Shown: positions 53,107 through 64,000 of the stretch, piece by piece
Position numbering within the stretch: the stretch's first letter is position 1
How the letters are laid out: the number at the start of each line of letters is the position of its first letter
NCBI GenBank assembly: GCA_977017575.1
Contig: CDRNVI010000188.1
Location: 1 to 64,000 of the forward strand
Length of the DNA stretch: 64,000 nucleotides
From: Paramoeba atlantica
Taxonomy: Eukaryota; Protista; Discosea
Reading direction: 5' to 3'
Position numbers and translations under genes: made by a program
Notes under the pieces: model-generated
Databases searched by the model: none
What the model was told of the DNA's origin: nothing
What the model saw: only the letters and a program-made list of their open reading frames with translations

Positions 53107-53491
53107 TCGAAAATACTTGGGTCTTTTCCTTCAGTGTTGGTTTGCAAAAATCTCTCTTGAAAGATTTGAATCTCCTTTTTTTTTTCTGCTTTTCTTTTCA
53201 AACAACAAAAAGACAAAAAAATCAAGAATATTCGAAAAAAATTGGTTGATTGAATAATTTGTCTTCAAAATTCAATGAAAACTTCAGAAGAGGAAATCAA
53301 ACCTCTTTTATCTAAATAAGAATCAAAAAAGTTTTTCTCTTTTTGTGCCAATTTTCTTGTCTCTTTTTCTCTTTCTCCTCTTTCTCTCTTTTTCTGATCT
53401 CAGAAATCAAGAACTTATTTTCTTCAAAAGATCAAATCTCAACACCTCTCCTCTATCTCTCACCTTCCCCGCACAAAATCAACAAAAGAAG

Positions 53492-56150
53492 ATGGCAGAA
53501 GAAGAAGAAAAGAGCTCAGAAAACGAGATTCTTTTTGATGCTGTTGAGAAAGGAGATAAAGAACTTGTCAAACTTCTTCTTCAAAACAAGACTCAAAAAT
53601 TGAATATCAACTTCAAAAACAAGGTTTTCAAAAACAATTGCTTTTTCTGATCTGAGGGAGAGAGAGAGAGAGAGATGGTTGTTGTGTTGATGATTTGTTC
53701 TTTTTTTTGTAAAAACTTTTTTTGGAAAAACTTTTTTTGTTTTCAGTTTGGAAAGACCGCTCTTCGCATCGCTGCTTCTGAAGGTTTTGAAGAGATTGTG
53801 AAAATTCTGATTGAACATGGATCCAATGTTGATCTTCAAGATCGAGTTTTGTTTTTCTTTTTTGATTTGTTTTTTGATTTGTTTTTTTTTTCAATTCTTC
53901 TTTTTTGTTCAGCGTGGTGACACTCTTCTTCACTCTGCTGCTTCCTGTGGGTATGAAGAAATTGTAAAAATTCTTGTTGAACATGGATCTAACATTGATA
54001 TTCAATCCATGGTTTTGATTTTCTTTTTTCTTTTATTTTTTGTTTTCTCACTTTTGTTTGTTGCGATGGAGATGGTTGTGATGATGATATGTTTTTTGAT
54101 CTTTTTTTAAAAACTTCTTCTCTGTTTAGTCTGGGGAAACTGCTCTTCACAAAGCTGCTCACAAAAATGCTCACGAAAAAGTTGTGAAATTTCTTGTTGA
54201 ACATGGGTCCAATGTGAATCTTCAAACCAATGTTTTGAATTTTCTTTTTTTTCTTTGTTGTTGTTTAGAATCTTTTGGCTTGTTTCTGATGTGATCGGGG
54301 AGGGAGAGATGGTTGTGTGAGTGATTTTTTTTTAACTTCTTTTTTGTTCAGCCTGGATGGACCGCTCTTCACAAAGCTGCTGGCATAGGTTCTGAAGAAG
54401 TTGTGAGAATTTTGATTGAACATGGATCCAATGTGAATCTTCAAACCAAAGTTTTGTTTTTGTTTTGCTTTATTCTTTCTTCTTTTATTTTATTTGGCTG
54501 ATGGGAAGATTGTGTGATTTGAGTGAGGATTGGAGTGAGTGGAGTTTTGTACTTTGATTTTTAACTCTCTTTTGTGAAGGATGGAGCAACTGCTCTTCAC
54601 AAAGCTGCTGAACGTGGTTTTGAAGAAATTGCAAAAATACTTGTTGAACATGGGTCCAACATTCATCTTCAAGATCGAGTTTTGATTTTCTTTTTCTTTT
54701 GATTTGTTGTGATGATGATATGATCTGTATTTTGAAGATCAGTTTTATTTGGCTGATGGAAGATTGTGTAATTTGTGGGAGGGTCGTAGTGGGTGGAGTT
54801 TTGTATTTTTTTTTTAATTTCTTTTTTAAGATTGGACGAACTGCTCTTCACAAAGCTGCTTCCAATGGTTTTCAAGAAATTGTGAAGATTCTTGTTGAAG
54901 AAGGATCCAACATTGATCTTCAAATCATAGTTTTGATTTTCTTCTTTGATTTTTTGTGGTGTTGGAGGGTGAGAGAAGGTTGTGTATGGTTTGTTTTTGT
55001 TTCTTATTTTAAGCTTCTTTTTTGAGGATGGAAATACCGCTCTTCACTATGCTGCTTCGAAAGGCTTTGAAGAAATTGTGAAGATTCTTATTGAACACGG
55101 AGCCACCCTTGATCTTTCAAATCAAGTTTTGATTTTTCTTTTTCTTTGTTTTCACATTTTTTTTCTTGTTTTTGATTATTGGTCATTTATTTTGGTGTGA
55201 TGGAGAGGGTGATGGTTGGTGCAATGATTTGTTTTTGGTTGTTCTTTTTTGTTAAAACTTCTTTTGTTAAGAGTGGAGAGACCGCTCTTCATTGGGCTAC
55301 TTCGGAGGGGAATAAAGAAATTGTGAAACTTCTCGTTGAACATGGAGCCAATGTTAATCTTCAAGATGCCGTTTTTATTTTCTTTGTCTCATTTTTATTT
55401 GGTTGTTGATGTGGTGGGAGGATAAAAGAGACGAAGAGAGAGTGAGAGAGAGTGAGAAGGTTGTGTGATGATTTGTTTTGTTCTTTTTTAAACTTCTTTT
55501 TGTTCAGGGTGGAGGGACTGCTCTTCACACAGCTGCTGATGATGGTTCGAAAGAAATTGTGAAACTTCTTGTTGAACATGGATCTAACATTGATATTCAA
55601 TCCATGGTTTTGATTTTCTTTTTCTTTTTTGATTTGTTTCTCTCATTTTGATTTGTTGTTTTTTGGTTGTGTGATGATTTGTTTTTGTTTTCCTTTTTAA
55701 CCTTCTTTTTTATTTAGCTTGGGTGGACTGCTCTTCACCTATCTGCTGAGGGTGGTTATGAAGAAATTGTGGTCATTCTTATGGAACATGGAGCCCAGAT
55801 TCATCTTCAAACCAAAGTTTTGATTTTCTTTTTTGATTTTTTTTTTACTGTGTCATTGTTATTTTGTTATTTTTGTTATTTTATGGGGAGGGGGTATTGG
55901 CATGATTCTTTCTTTTTTGAACTTTCTTTTTTTTTGTTAGGGGGGTAAAACAGCGCTTGATGTTGCAAAAGATCAGAGTATTATTGAATTGATCACCCAA
56001 TTGAAAGTTTGCTCTTTGTTTATCTCTCTTTTTCTTTTCAATTTTAATTTGAATGTGTTTCTCATTTTTTTAATTTTTCTCTTTTTGGTTTTGCAGAGCA
56101 AAAATATCAAACCAGCTCGAAAAAAAAGAAAACTAAACTCTGAGAGTTAA
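53492..56150 (+). CDS. Ankyrin-repeat protein, one repeat per exon, 13 exons
   Basis: Exons at 53492-53623, 53747-53845, 53913-54011, 54130-54231, 54352-54450, 54580-54678, 54831-54929, 55027-55125, 55272-55370, 55508-55606, 55718-55816, 55941-56006 and 56097-56150. All introns are phase 0. Consensus xGxTALHxAAxxGxEEIVKILVEHGSNVxLQxx. Confidence 0.93.
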
Positions 56151-56410
56151 GAGAGAACTTTCAAAACAAAGAAACACAATCATTCCGGAAAATCATTCCT
56201 TGAAGGAGAAAATTTCGATGTAAAAAAATCTCCTCAATAAAATCAGAATCTCGTCGATGATTCTTTTTTTGGTTCTGTCATCCTTTCTTTTCCTCTTTCA
56301 CCTTCCTTTTTCTCAAAATGGATTTTCAATTGCCCAAAAAAAAAACATAGACGAAAGAATCCATCTTTCAATTTCATTTCTTTTTCATTTTTTTTTTCAA
56401 ATATCTTATT

Positions 56411-59400
56411 TTACTTTGATGGTGCTGACAATATTAAAGTTTGAGAATGGTCAATCAAATGTCGAATACAATTAGTACATTTTTGAGAATCTTGAATTGC
56501 ACTCAACGGATCTCCTCCAGGTGAACGCAGCAAATTTGGAGCAAAAACAATGGCAACATTTGGAGAATCCATTTTGTTTTCTTGTGAATTTTGAATTATT
56601 TTAATGAGAAGGAGAGAGAGGAAGTGGAATGCCATTTGGTTTTGTTCTGGGAGAGATAATAAGAGAAGTGTTTTCATTTTGGAGTGCCAGAGTTGGTAGT
56701 TTTCCTTGTAGAGTGCTGTCAAGCGGAAAATAGGAAAGAGAGAAATGAAAAGAAAAAAAGAATTAGAAGAATTATTCAAAATCCTTTCCTTCAACAAGAC
56801 CAAGAACACAATAATAAAAAAATGAAGAACAAAACAAACCATCAACTTGAAGAAACTTTGGATACAATTCATACGTCAAAAGAGGTTCAGGGAGTTCACG
56901 AAGATATAATTTCAAACAACTCGCCAATGTGAATGAATCATATTGACTTAAATCAATACATTTATCTCCTGAAAATAAGAAAGAATAAATTTAATTTCAT
57001 TTCTTTTTCTTTAATTATGAATCAAATTAACCACAAGATAAAATCAACAAAGAAACAAAAAAAAAACCATCATCAAATCGATTTTTAAGTTCTTGGACAT
57101 GTTGAGCAGAACCATTGACTCGGAAGATCCCTTCTAGTGTTGGTGCTATTGAGAGAAAAAAAAAAATTAACAAATAGAAGAGAGAAAAAATAGAAGAGGG
57201 GCGAGAAAAAGATAAAAATTGACTCCTTTTGAACGAAGACATAAAAGAAAGAAACAAGAGAACAAATAAAGAGAACAACAAAAAAGAGAGAAAGAAAACC
57301 TTCTGAACATAGCAAAGTAACAATAATAGATTCAAGAACAACAGGAAGATGAATATTATCGCCACTTCCCATCATGTCTTCGAGCATTGATCCAAATACT
57401 TTTGGTTTTGGAGCTTTGTAATTCCGAACTCGATCTTTTTTGGGGAGAGAGAAGAAGAAGAGAGAAAGAGAGGAGAGAGGGGAGATTTAAGAAACAAAAA
57501 GAGGAGTGAGGGAAGGGAAAGAGAATTAGAAAAGAAAAAGAAAGTGAAAAAGAAAAAAAATGGAAAAAAAAATACCTGGAAGATAAAATCTGGAGTTTTT
57601 AAAAGTCAAAGAATTCAAAATTTCAGAATAATTTTGAACATAAAAGAGTTTTTTCCAAAATTTTCTTTTGATAAAAGGCTGTTTTTTTATGAATTTTTAA
57701 AAATGAAAGAAAAAAAAGAGAGGAGGAAAAGAAAAGAGGAAAAAGAAGAAAGAAAAGAGAGGAAAACCCGAAAAGCGCGAAAGAGTATTTTCGTACTTGT
57801 TGTTGGATGTAAAATGTACAATTCTTGAATATTTTTCTTATATCTATAAAAAGAGAATGTTAAAAATAGAGGTTTTAAAAAGAAGAAAGAGAAGAAAGAA
57901 AAACAAACTTTCGACTAAAAAGACGATACATTGTTTTTAACGCAGAAAAATTTGGTCGATTATCTGAAGAAACTTCAGAATTACAAACAACAAATACAAA
58001 CGGACCATTTACTAAAGGATCTTGAATTGAAAAAAAGTGAATAAAGTGAGAGAAAGGAAATGAGAGAAAAGAGAGAAAAGAAATGAGAAAAATGAGAGAA
58101 AAGAAAAAGAAAAATTCTTAAAAAGAAAAAAAAACCCAATTTATAAACAAAATAAAGAATCAACTTCGCCATATCAATTCGATCTGCAGGAACCAAACTA
58201 GAGTTCTAAATTTAGCGCCGATTTCTTATTTTGCTCAAAACAGAGATGGAGAGAGAAAAAGAGAGGAGAAAAGAGAGAAGAGAGAGAGAGAGAAAGAGAG
58301 AGAAGAGAGAGAGAGAAAGAAAGAGAGAGAAATAAACCATCCAACAAGAACAATAATTTGTCTCCCTTTTGTATCCCTTCCTAAGAAGAAGAAAAAGAGA
58401 AATGAGAAGATTGGATTCAATTTTGAATTAAAATAAAAGCGGTTTTTTTTAAGACATAAAATTTTATGGTTTTATTTTTATTTTCATATTCCTTTTATTT
58501 TTTTATTATTTTTCTTTTTTTCTTTTTATTCTTTTATTCTTAAATTAATAATCAAAATCCCATAAAAAATAAAAAGAAAGAAAAAAAAACCACAAGAATA
58601 AAGAAAATGTAATTGTTCCAAATCATCAAAATTTTCTTCTTTGGCCAACTGAACCAATTCAGCATAACTTCCTCTATAAATAAATGATTTTCTTTTCAGA
58701 AAAAGAAGAAAAGAAGAGAGAAAAGAGAAAAGAGAGAAAAGAGGGAGAGAAAGGAGAGAGAAAGAGAGAGGAGAGAGAGAAGAGAAACCCGTCTCGAACA
58801 GCAGCAGAAGAACGATCTGAAATAGGAGAAGAAAAAGAAGAAATAGAAGAAGAAGAAGAAGGAGAGAGAGAAGAAGAAGAAGAAGGTAAAGAATTTCTCT
58901 TTACTAAATTTCCTATTTTTGTGATTCTCTTTCTCTTCTTTCTTTCTTCCAAATTTAACATCCCTCTTCCCTCTTCTTTCTCTCTCTCTCCTTCTTCTCT
59001 TTCTCTTCTCTCTTCATCATCATCTTCTTCTTCTTCTTTTTCTTCTTGAGAAGAGAGAACAACAGATGGAGGAGAAGAGAGAAAGAGAAGATGTTTTTCG
59101 AGAGCTCGATCAAATTCTCTTGATTTGACTATTATTGAACAAAAATATAAATAGAAGGAAAGAGAGAGAAGAGAGAAAGGAAAAGGAGAAAGAGAAAGAG
59201 ATAGAATCAAAAGGAAAGAGAAAAAGGAAAGAGAAAAAGGAAAGAGAAAAAGGAAAGAGAAAAGAAAGAGAAAAGAAAGAAAGAAAATTACCTGTTGGAA
59301 GATGAGGAGTTGGAGGAGGCGGTTCTTGGCAGGAAGAAGAAGAAGACGATGAAGAAGAAGGAAGAGAAGAAGGAAGAGAAGGAAGAGAAGAAGGAAGAGA

Positions 59401-60087
59401 AGAAGGAAGAGAAGAAGGAGGAGAAGCAGGAGAGGAAGAGGAAGGAAGAGGAGGAGGAAGAGGAAGAGGAAGAGGAAGAGGAAGAGGAAGAGGGGGAGAA
59501 GAAAGAGGAGGAGGGAGTTGAGAAGAGAGAGGAGAAAGAGAGGAAGAAAGTGAGGAAGAAGAGGAAGAAGAAAGAGAAGAAGAAGAAAGAGAAGAAGAAG
59601 AAAGAGAAGAAAAAGAAAGAGAAGAAAAAACAAGAGCAGGAGACTCAACAGAGAGAGGAGCAGGAGAGAAAGGAGAGGGAGAAGAGAAAGGAGAAGGTGG
59701 GGGTGCAATACAATATGGAGAAGAGAGAGAAGAGGAAGAGAGAGAAGAAGAAGAAGAGAGAGAAGAAGGGAAAGGAGAAGAGAGAGAAGAAGAGAGAGAA
59801 GAAGGGAAAGAAGAAGAGTGAGAAGAAGAGAAAGAAGAAGAGTGAGAAGAAGACGATGAGGATGAATGAGACGAAGAAGAAAGAGTAGAAGAGGAGGGAG
59901 AAGAGAAAGGGAGAGAAGAAGGTCGTTCAGAAAGAAGAAGAACAGAAGAAGAAGAAAGAGAAGAAGAAGAGAGAGAAGAAGAAGAGAGAGGAAGAGAATG
60001 AGGTCTCTCAGAGAGAAGAAGAAGATCTTCTTCCTCTTTTGCGGTCAACTGTGGGGCGGAGTGAAGAGGTTCTGATTCCTGTTCCAT
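56411..60087 (-). CDS. Sec14/BCH-domain RhoGAP (ARHGAP1/p50RhoGAP-like) with a Ser/Pro-rich N-terminus
   Basis: GRDTKGRQIIV, YKKNIQELYILHPT, KVFGSMLE, EGIFRVNGS (arginine finger), LKLYLRELPEPLLT and NKMDSPNVAIVFAPNLL. Confidence 0.9.
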
Positions 60088-60317
60088 TTTTTGGGGAGAG
60101 AAAAGAAGAGAAAGAGAACAGAAAGAGAAAGAGAAAGAGAAGAGAAGAGAGAAAGAGAACAGAAAAGAAAGAGAACAGAAGAGAAAGAAAGAGAACAGAA
60201 CAGAAAGAAAAAAAGCGAAAGCTCAGGATATTTCAAGGGTGAAATTGGACTGGAAACGATTTTTAAATACTCCAAAAATTTCTCGTTTTTTTGTTGGAAA
60301 ATGTTTTGGGAAAGAGG

Positions 60318-63145
60318 ATGTTGAAAGATTCTTTCTTTGATCAAAAAGAAAAGAGAGAGAAGAAGAAGAGAGAAGAAGAAGAGAAAGAAAAAGAACAAAA
60401 CAACAACCCGCAAAAAATCCTCTCTCTCTTTTCTCTGGTGATCTTCCTCCTTTCTCTTTCTATTCTCATTTTCGTTTGTTGGTTTGAATTTCGAAAAGAG
60501 AGAAAGGAAAGAGAGAGAGAGTTCTTTCTTGTGAGTGATTTTCATTTTGATCCTTTGGCAAATCCTCAATTGTTTAATTCTTCTTCTTCTTGTCGAAATG
60601 AATCCATGGTTTTTTCTGATTATTCTTTTCTTCTCTTCTTTTCTTTCTTCTTCATTTCTTTCTTCTCTTCTTTTTCTTTTTTCTTTTTTCTTTTTTCTCT
60701 TTTTTCATACACCAAAAACAAATCCAAATTTACTTAAAACTATTTCTTTCACATCCAGTTTCAACTCAAACTAAAAGACATGACAAAAGAAGAAGTTGAA
60801 AGTCAAAAAAGAGGCGCAGAGATACAAACTTCTCTTCTCAGACGTCGGGAAATACAACAAGATTCTGGTTATTTTTTGTTGTCTGAATAGAAGAGAAAAG
60901 AAAAGAATTATCATTCAATAAAGAATATTAGAAAGAGAGAAGAAGAAGAAAAAAGAAAAAGAAGTTAAACATTCTTTTTAATTCTTGACATCAAAAAGGG
61001 ATGTATGGTCGTTTTGGTTGCGATTCGCCACTCAGTCTTATTAATGCAACTTTACAGGTTTTAATTGAAAAGAGAAAGAGAACAAGAAAGAAAAAAAGAA
61101 TTGACTAAAGACCACAACTAAAATTTAACACAATCAAATAAAGAATGAAAGAAATGATAAAGAAAGAAAGAAATAAATCAAGAAATAAACCAAGAAATAA
61201 ATAAAAAGAAATAAATAAAAAGAAATAAATAAAAGAAATAAATAAAAGAAAATAGGAAATGAAAAGAGTTTGTTCCACTCCAGATTGGATTTTTATTACT
61301 GGTGATTTAGCTGCTCATGGTCTCCCAGATCGTGCTCCTGCTCTACAAGTTTTTCTTTTCTTCTTTCCTCTCTCTCTTCTCTTCTTTCTTTCTCTCTTTC
61401 TTGAAGTTCGATTTTATTTAAAAAAAATAAATAGACAACAACAAAGATGATGAAAGAAACATTTCCTGATGTTCCTCTTTATTTTTGTTTTGGGAATAAT
61501 GATGTTGCTGTCACCAATTCTCATATGGATTGTTCTTCTGAGTGGATTGAGTTTGCTTATGGTCTTTGGGAAGAGTTTTTCTTTTTCTTCTTTTTCTTCT
61601 TTTTCTTCCTTTTTCTTTTTTTCCTCTCTTCTTTTCTAATTCCCTTTTCTTCTTTTTTTCCAAAAGATATATTCCAAAGGACCAAAAAAAAACCTTTCTA
61701 CAAATGGGGGCTTATCGAGTCAATATGTCTCATTCTTCTTCTTCTTCTTCTGAAACAAGAAATCCATTTCTTCGTCTCTTAGTTTTAAATACCATGTTTT
61801 ATTCTGTCGTTTCAAATCATCATGATGGTTTTTTTTCTTTTTCTCTTCTCGTTCTCTTCCTCTCTTCCTCTCTTCCTCTCTTTCTCACTTTTTCCTCTCT
61901 TGTTTCTCACTGAACTGAAAATAGAAGAGGATCCATGTGGTCAATTTGAATGGATGGTAAATGAATTACAAGAAGCTCGAGCCGTTTCAGCCAAAATTTA
62001 TTTAATGTCTCATCTTATGCCTGGTCTTGGGATTTCTTTTCTTTTCTCTTTTCTCTTCTCTTTTAAAAAGATCTTTCTTTTTACTCCTTCTAAAAATCAA
62101 AAAAGGAATGGATTCAAAGAGATTTATTCCTTATTGGAATCTTCAACATAACAACCGCTATTTTGGTTCTCTTTCACTCCTTCTTTCTTCTTTTCATTTT
62201 TCAAACAAAAGATTAATCTCAGTTTCCAAGATATCATTGAAGAGTATTCAGATGTGATTATTGGGCAATTATATGGTCATGCCCACAACGACGAATTCCG
62301 TGTGTATGGAGAATCAGTTCCTGGTGAAGAACTGATCCGACAACAAAAACAACAACAGCAACGGCAACGACAACGGGGACGACAACAACAGCAGAAAGAA
62401 GAACAAGAAAGAGTGAAAAGAAGCGAAAAAGAGGAGATTATGCAAGGATTAGTGAACCCTGCAATCTCTCCAATTTATGGAAATAATCCTGCATTTCGTC
62501 TTACATATTATAATCCAGAAACATTCGCTATTTCAGGTCTCTACTTTTTCAAGTTTTCTTTTTTTAATTCTTTTTTTCTTTCTTTTTCATTTCCCTTTCT
62601 CTTTCCTTTCTCTTTCTCTTCACAAAAGGATCCTCCTTACTGAATTTACTCATTCAGATTATCGAATTCACTACATGGATCTCCTCGCATCCAATGAGCA
62701 AGAAACACCAATTTGGAATTTCCTTTACTCTTTTAATAGTTATCATGTCGGGGAACCAGATAAAGAGGGATTGTCTCTTTTGTACAAGAAGTTGTTTGAA
62801 AGTGAAAAAGATTTTGATACCTGGTATTCCTATCGGTACTCATTTTTCAATTTTTTTGTTTGATTTTAGATTTTCTCTTTCTCTTTTCTCAATCTTCTCT
62901 TTTTTCTTTTTAGAGGAGCTTTAGGAAATGTTGAGAATGGAATCCCAGAACCAGGTTCTCCTGGTTGGGCGTGTCTTCTTTGTGCTCTCTCTGCCAAAGA
63001 TGAAGATTCATTTGAGAGTTGTATTGATGAAGAAGGAGTCACGACGGTCGAATGTTCTGAGGTGGCTCAGGAGATTAGAGAGAAAATGAGTTTGTTCCAC
63101 TCCACATCGAAAATCAACCATTCAAAATTGGATTTTGAATTTTGA
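60318..63145 (+). CDS. Acid sphingomyelinase-like phosphodiesterase (SMPDL3/ASM metallophosphoesterase) with an N-terminal membrane anchor
   Basis: Metal motifs SDFHFD, TGDLAAH, FGNND, SHLMPG and YGHAH. Also YGRFGCDSP and PAISPIYGNNPAFR. Stop TGA 63143-63145. Confidence 0.9.
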
Positions 63146-63481
63146 TCCTGACATTGGGAGGGAGGGAATTGCAACGGCGATTCATAATTGAAAGAAATGG
63201 AGTTTTTTTGGTTTCATGGAAACAGACGAAGTTTTGTTGAGAAAGCCCCAAAAGAACCAACTCGGCTCACGCTCACAATTATTAATTTAAACTTTTGAAC
63301 CAAAAATAAATGATTTTTTTCATTCCAAAAAAAGAAAAACTCAAACTCGAAAAAATTCGGGCGTTTTTGCACGTCACTCAATTCTTTTTTTGTGGCATTG
63401 ATTTTCTTTTTTTCAATATTTTTTACGGTTGAAAAAATATCACCGGTTTTTGTTTTTGTTTTTTGTTGGAAGAGAGAGAGC

Positions 63482-64000
63482 ATGGAGGGAGAAAAGAAAG
63501 AAAAGAAAGAGAGAAAGAAAAGAAACATGTCCAAAGTGGACATTGTTTTAGAAAAACCAGAGAAGAAGAAAGATAGAAGAAAGAGTCATCGGGTTACAAA
63601 GGATGAAGTGGCGGATTATGAGGCTGGTCTTAAGGAGGAGGGGAAGAAAGAGAGGAGAGGAGGGTCGAAGAGAGAGGAGAAAGAGGAGAAGAAGAAGGGA
63701 GAGAAGAAGGTTGAAGAAAAGAAGGGAGAGGGGAAGAGAGAGAAGGAGGAGAAGAAAGAAAAGAGGGAAGAAAAGAGAGAAGAAAAGAAAGAGAAAGACG
63801 ACGAAAAGAAGGGGGACAAGAAGGAGGACAAGAAGGAAGGGAAGAAGGGAGTGAAGAAAGAAGAGAAGAAAGACGAAAAGAAGGAAGGGAAGAAGGAAGA
63901 AAAGAAAGAAGAAAAGAAAGAAAAAGAAGAAAACGAAAAGAAAGAAAAGAAAGAAGAAAAGAAAGAAGAAAAGAAAGAAGAAAAGAAGGAAGCAAAGAAG
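63482..64000 (+). CDS. 5' part of a K/E-rich hypothetical protein (runs off the window)
   Basis: The ATG 63482 frame reads MEGEKKEKK...MSKVDIVLEKPEKK...DEVADYEAGLKEE and appears to stay open to the window edge. Confidence 0.5.
   Translation, partial: MEGEKKEKKERKKRNMSKVDIVLEKPEKKKDRRKSHRVTKDEVADYEAGLKEEGKKERRGGSKREEKEEKKKGEKKVEEKKGEGKREKEEKKEKREEKREEKKEKDDEKKGDKKEDKKEGKKGVKKEEKKDEKKEGKKEEKKEEKKEKEENEKKEKKEEKKEEKKEEKKEAKK

Noticed and set aside
2324-63995. Many long ORFs rich in F/L/S or K/R/E in the supplied track (e.g. 3304-3939, 11694-12017, 44938-45732, 58674-59708, 63630-63995)
   Set aside because: They are antisense or off-frame readings of GA/CT microsatellite-like exons and introns, which lack stop codons by composition.

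Overview
Compact, intron-rich, AT-rich eukaryotic DNA, probably a protist (amoebozoan-like gene content; the species cannot be determined from sequence alone). Introns and low-complexity exons are strongly GA/CT-skewed, and most of the supplied ORFs are antisense shadows of these tracts. Reconstructed genes, in order: multi-BTB protein, sulfotransferase, uncharacterised membrane protein, sterol desaturase-family oxidase, USP4/11/15-like deubiquitinase, large RasGEF-SAM protein, FHIP/FAM160B-like protein, ankyrin protein, four more sulfotransferases, DOT1-like methyltransferase, seven tandem ~155-aa genes, an exon-per-repeat ankyrin gene, Sec14/BCH-RhoGAP, acid sphingomyelinase-like phosphodiesterase and the start of a KE-rich protein. 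There are five tRNA genes, two of them intronic. All three mobile elements I could find sit inside the USP gene. (1) A 1.6-kb TIR element inserted in a coding exon; its TIRs carry a GT donor and an AG acceptor, so it could be spliced out in either orientation leaving an in-frame 15-nt footprint. (2) A young Copia element whose target duplication is the intron donor itself and whose PBS matches half of tRNA-Lys(CUU). (3) A defective IS630/Tc1-like element nested in the Copia gag with an AC duplication. A second candidate system is a shared IKPAKR tail that links two ankyrin genes, one of them DARPin-library-like, to the tandem family, which looks like motif-less Ras-fold pseudo-GTPases. Gene models were assembled by eye from GT-AG sites and reading phase; no searches were run.
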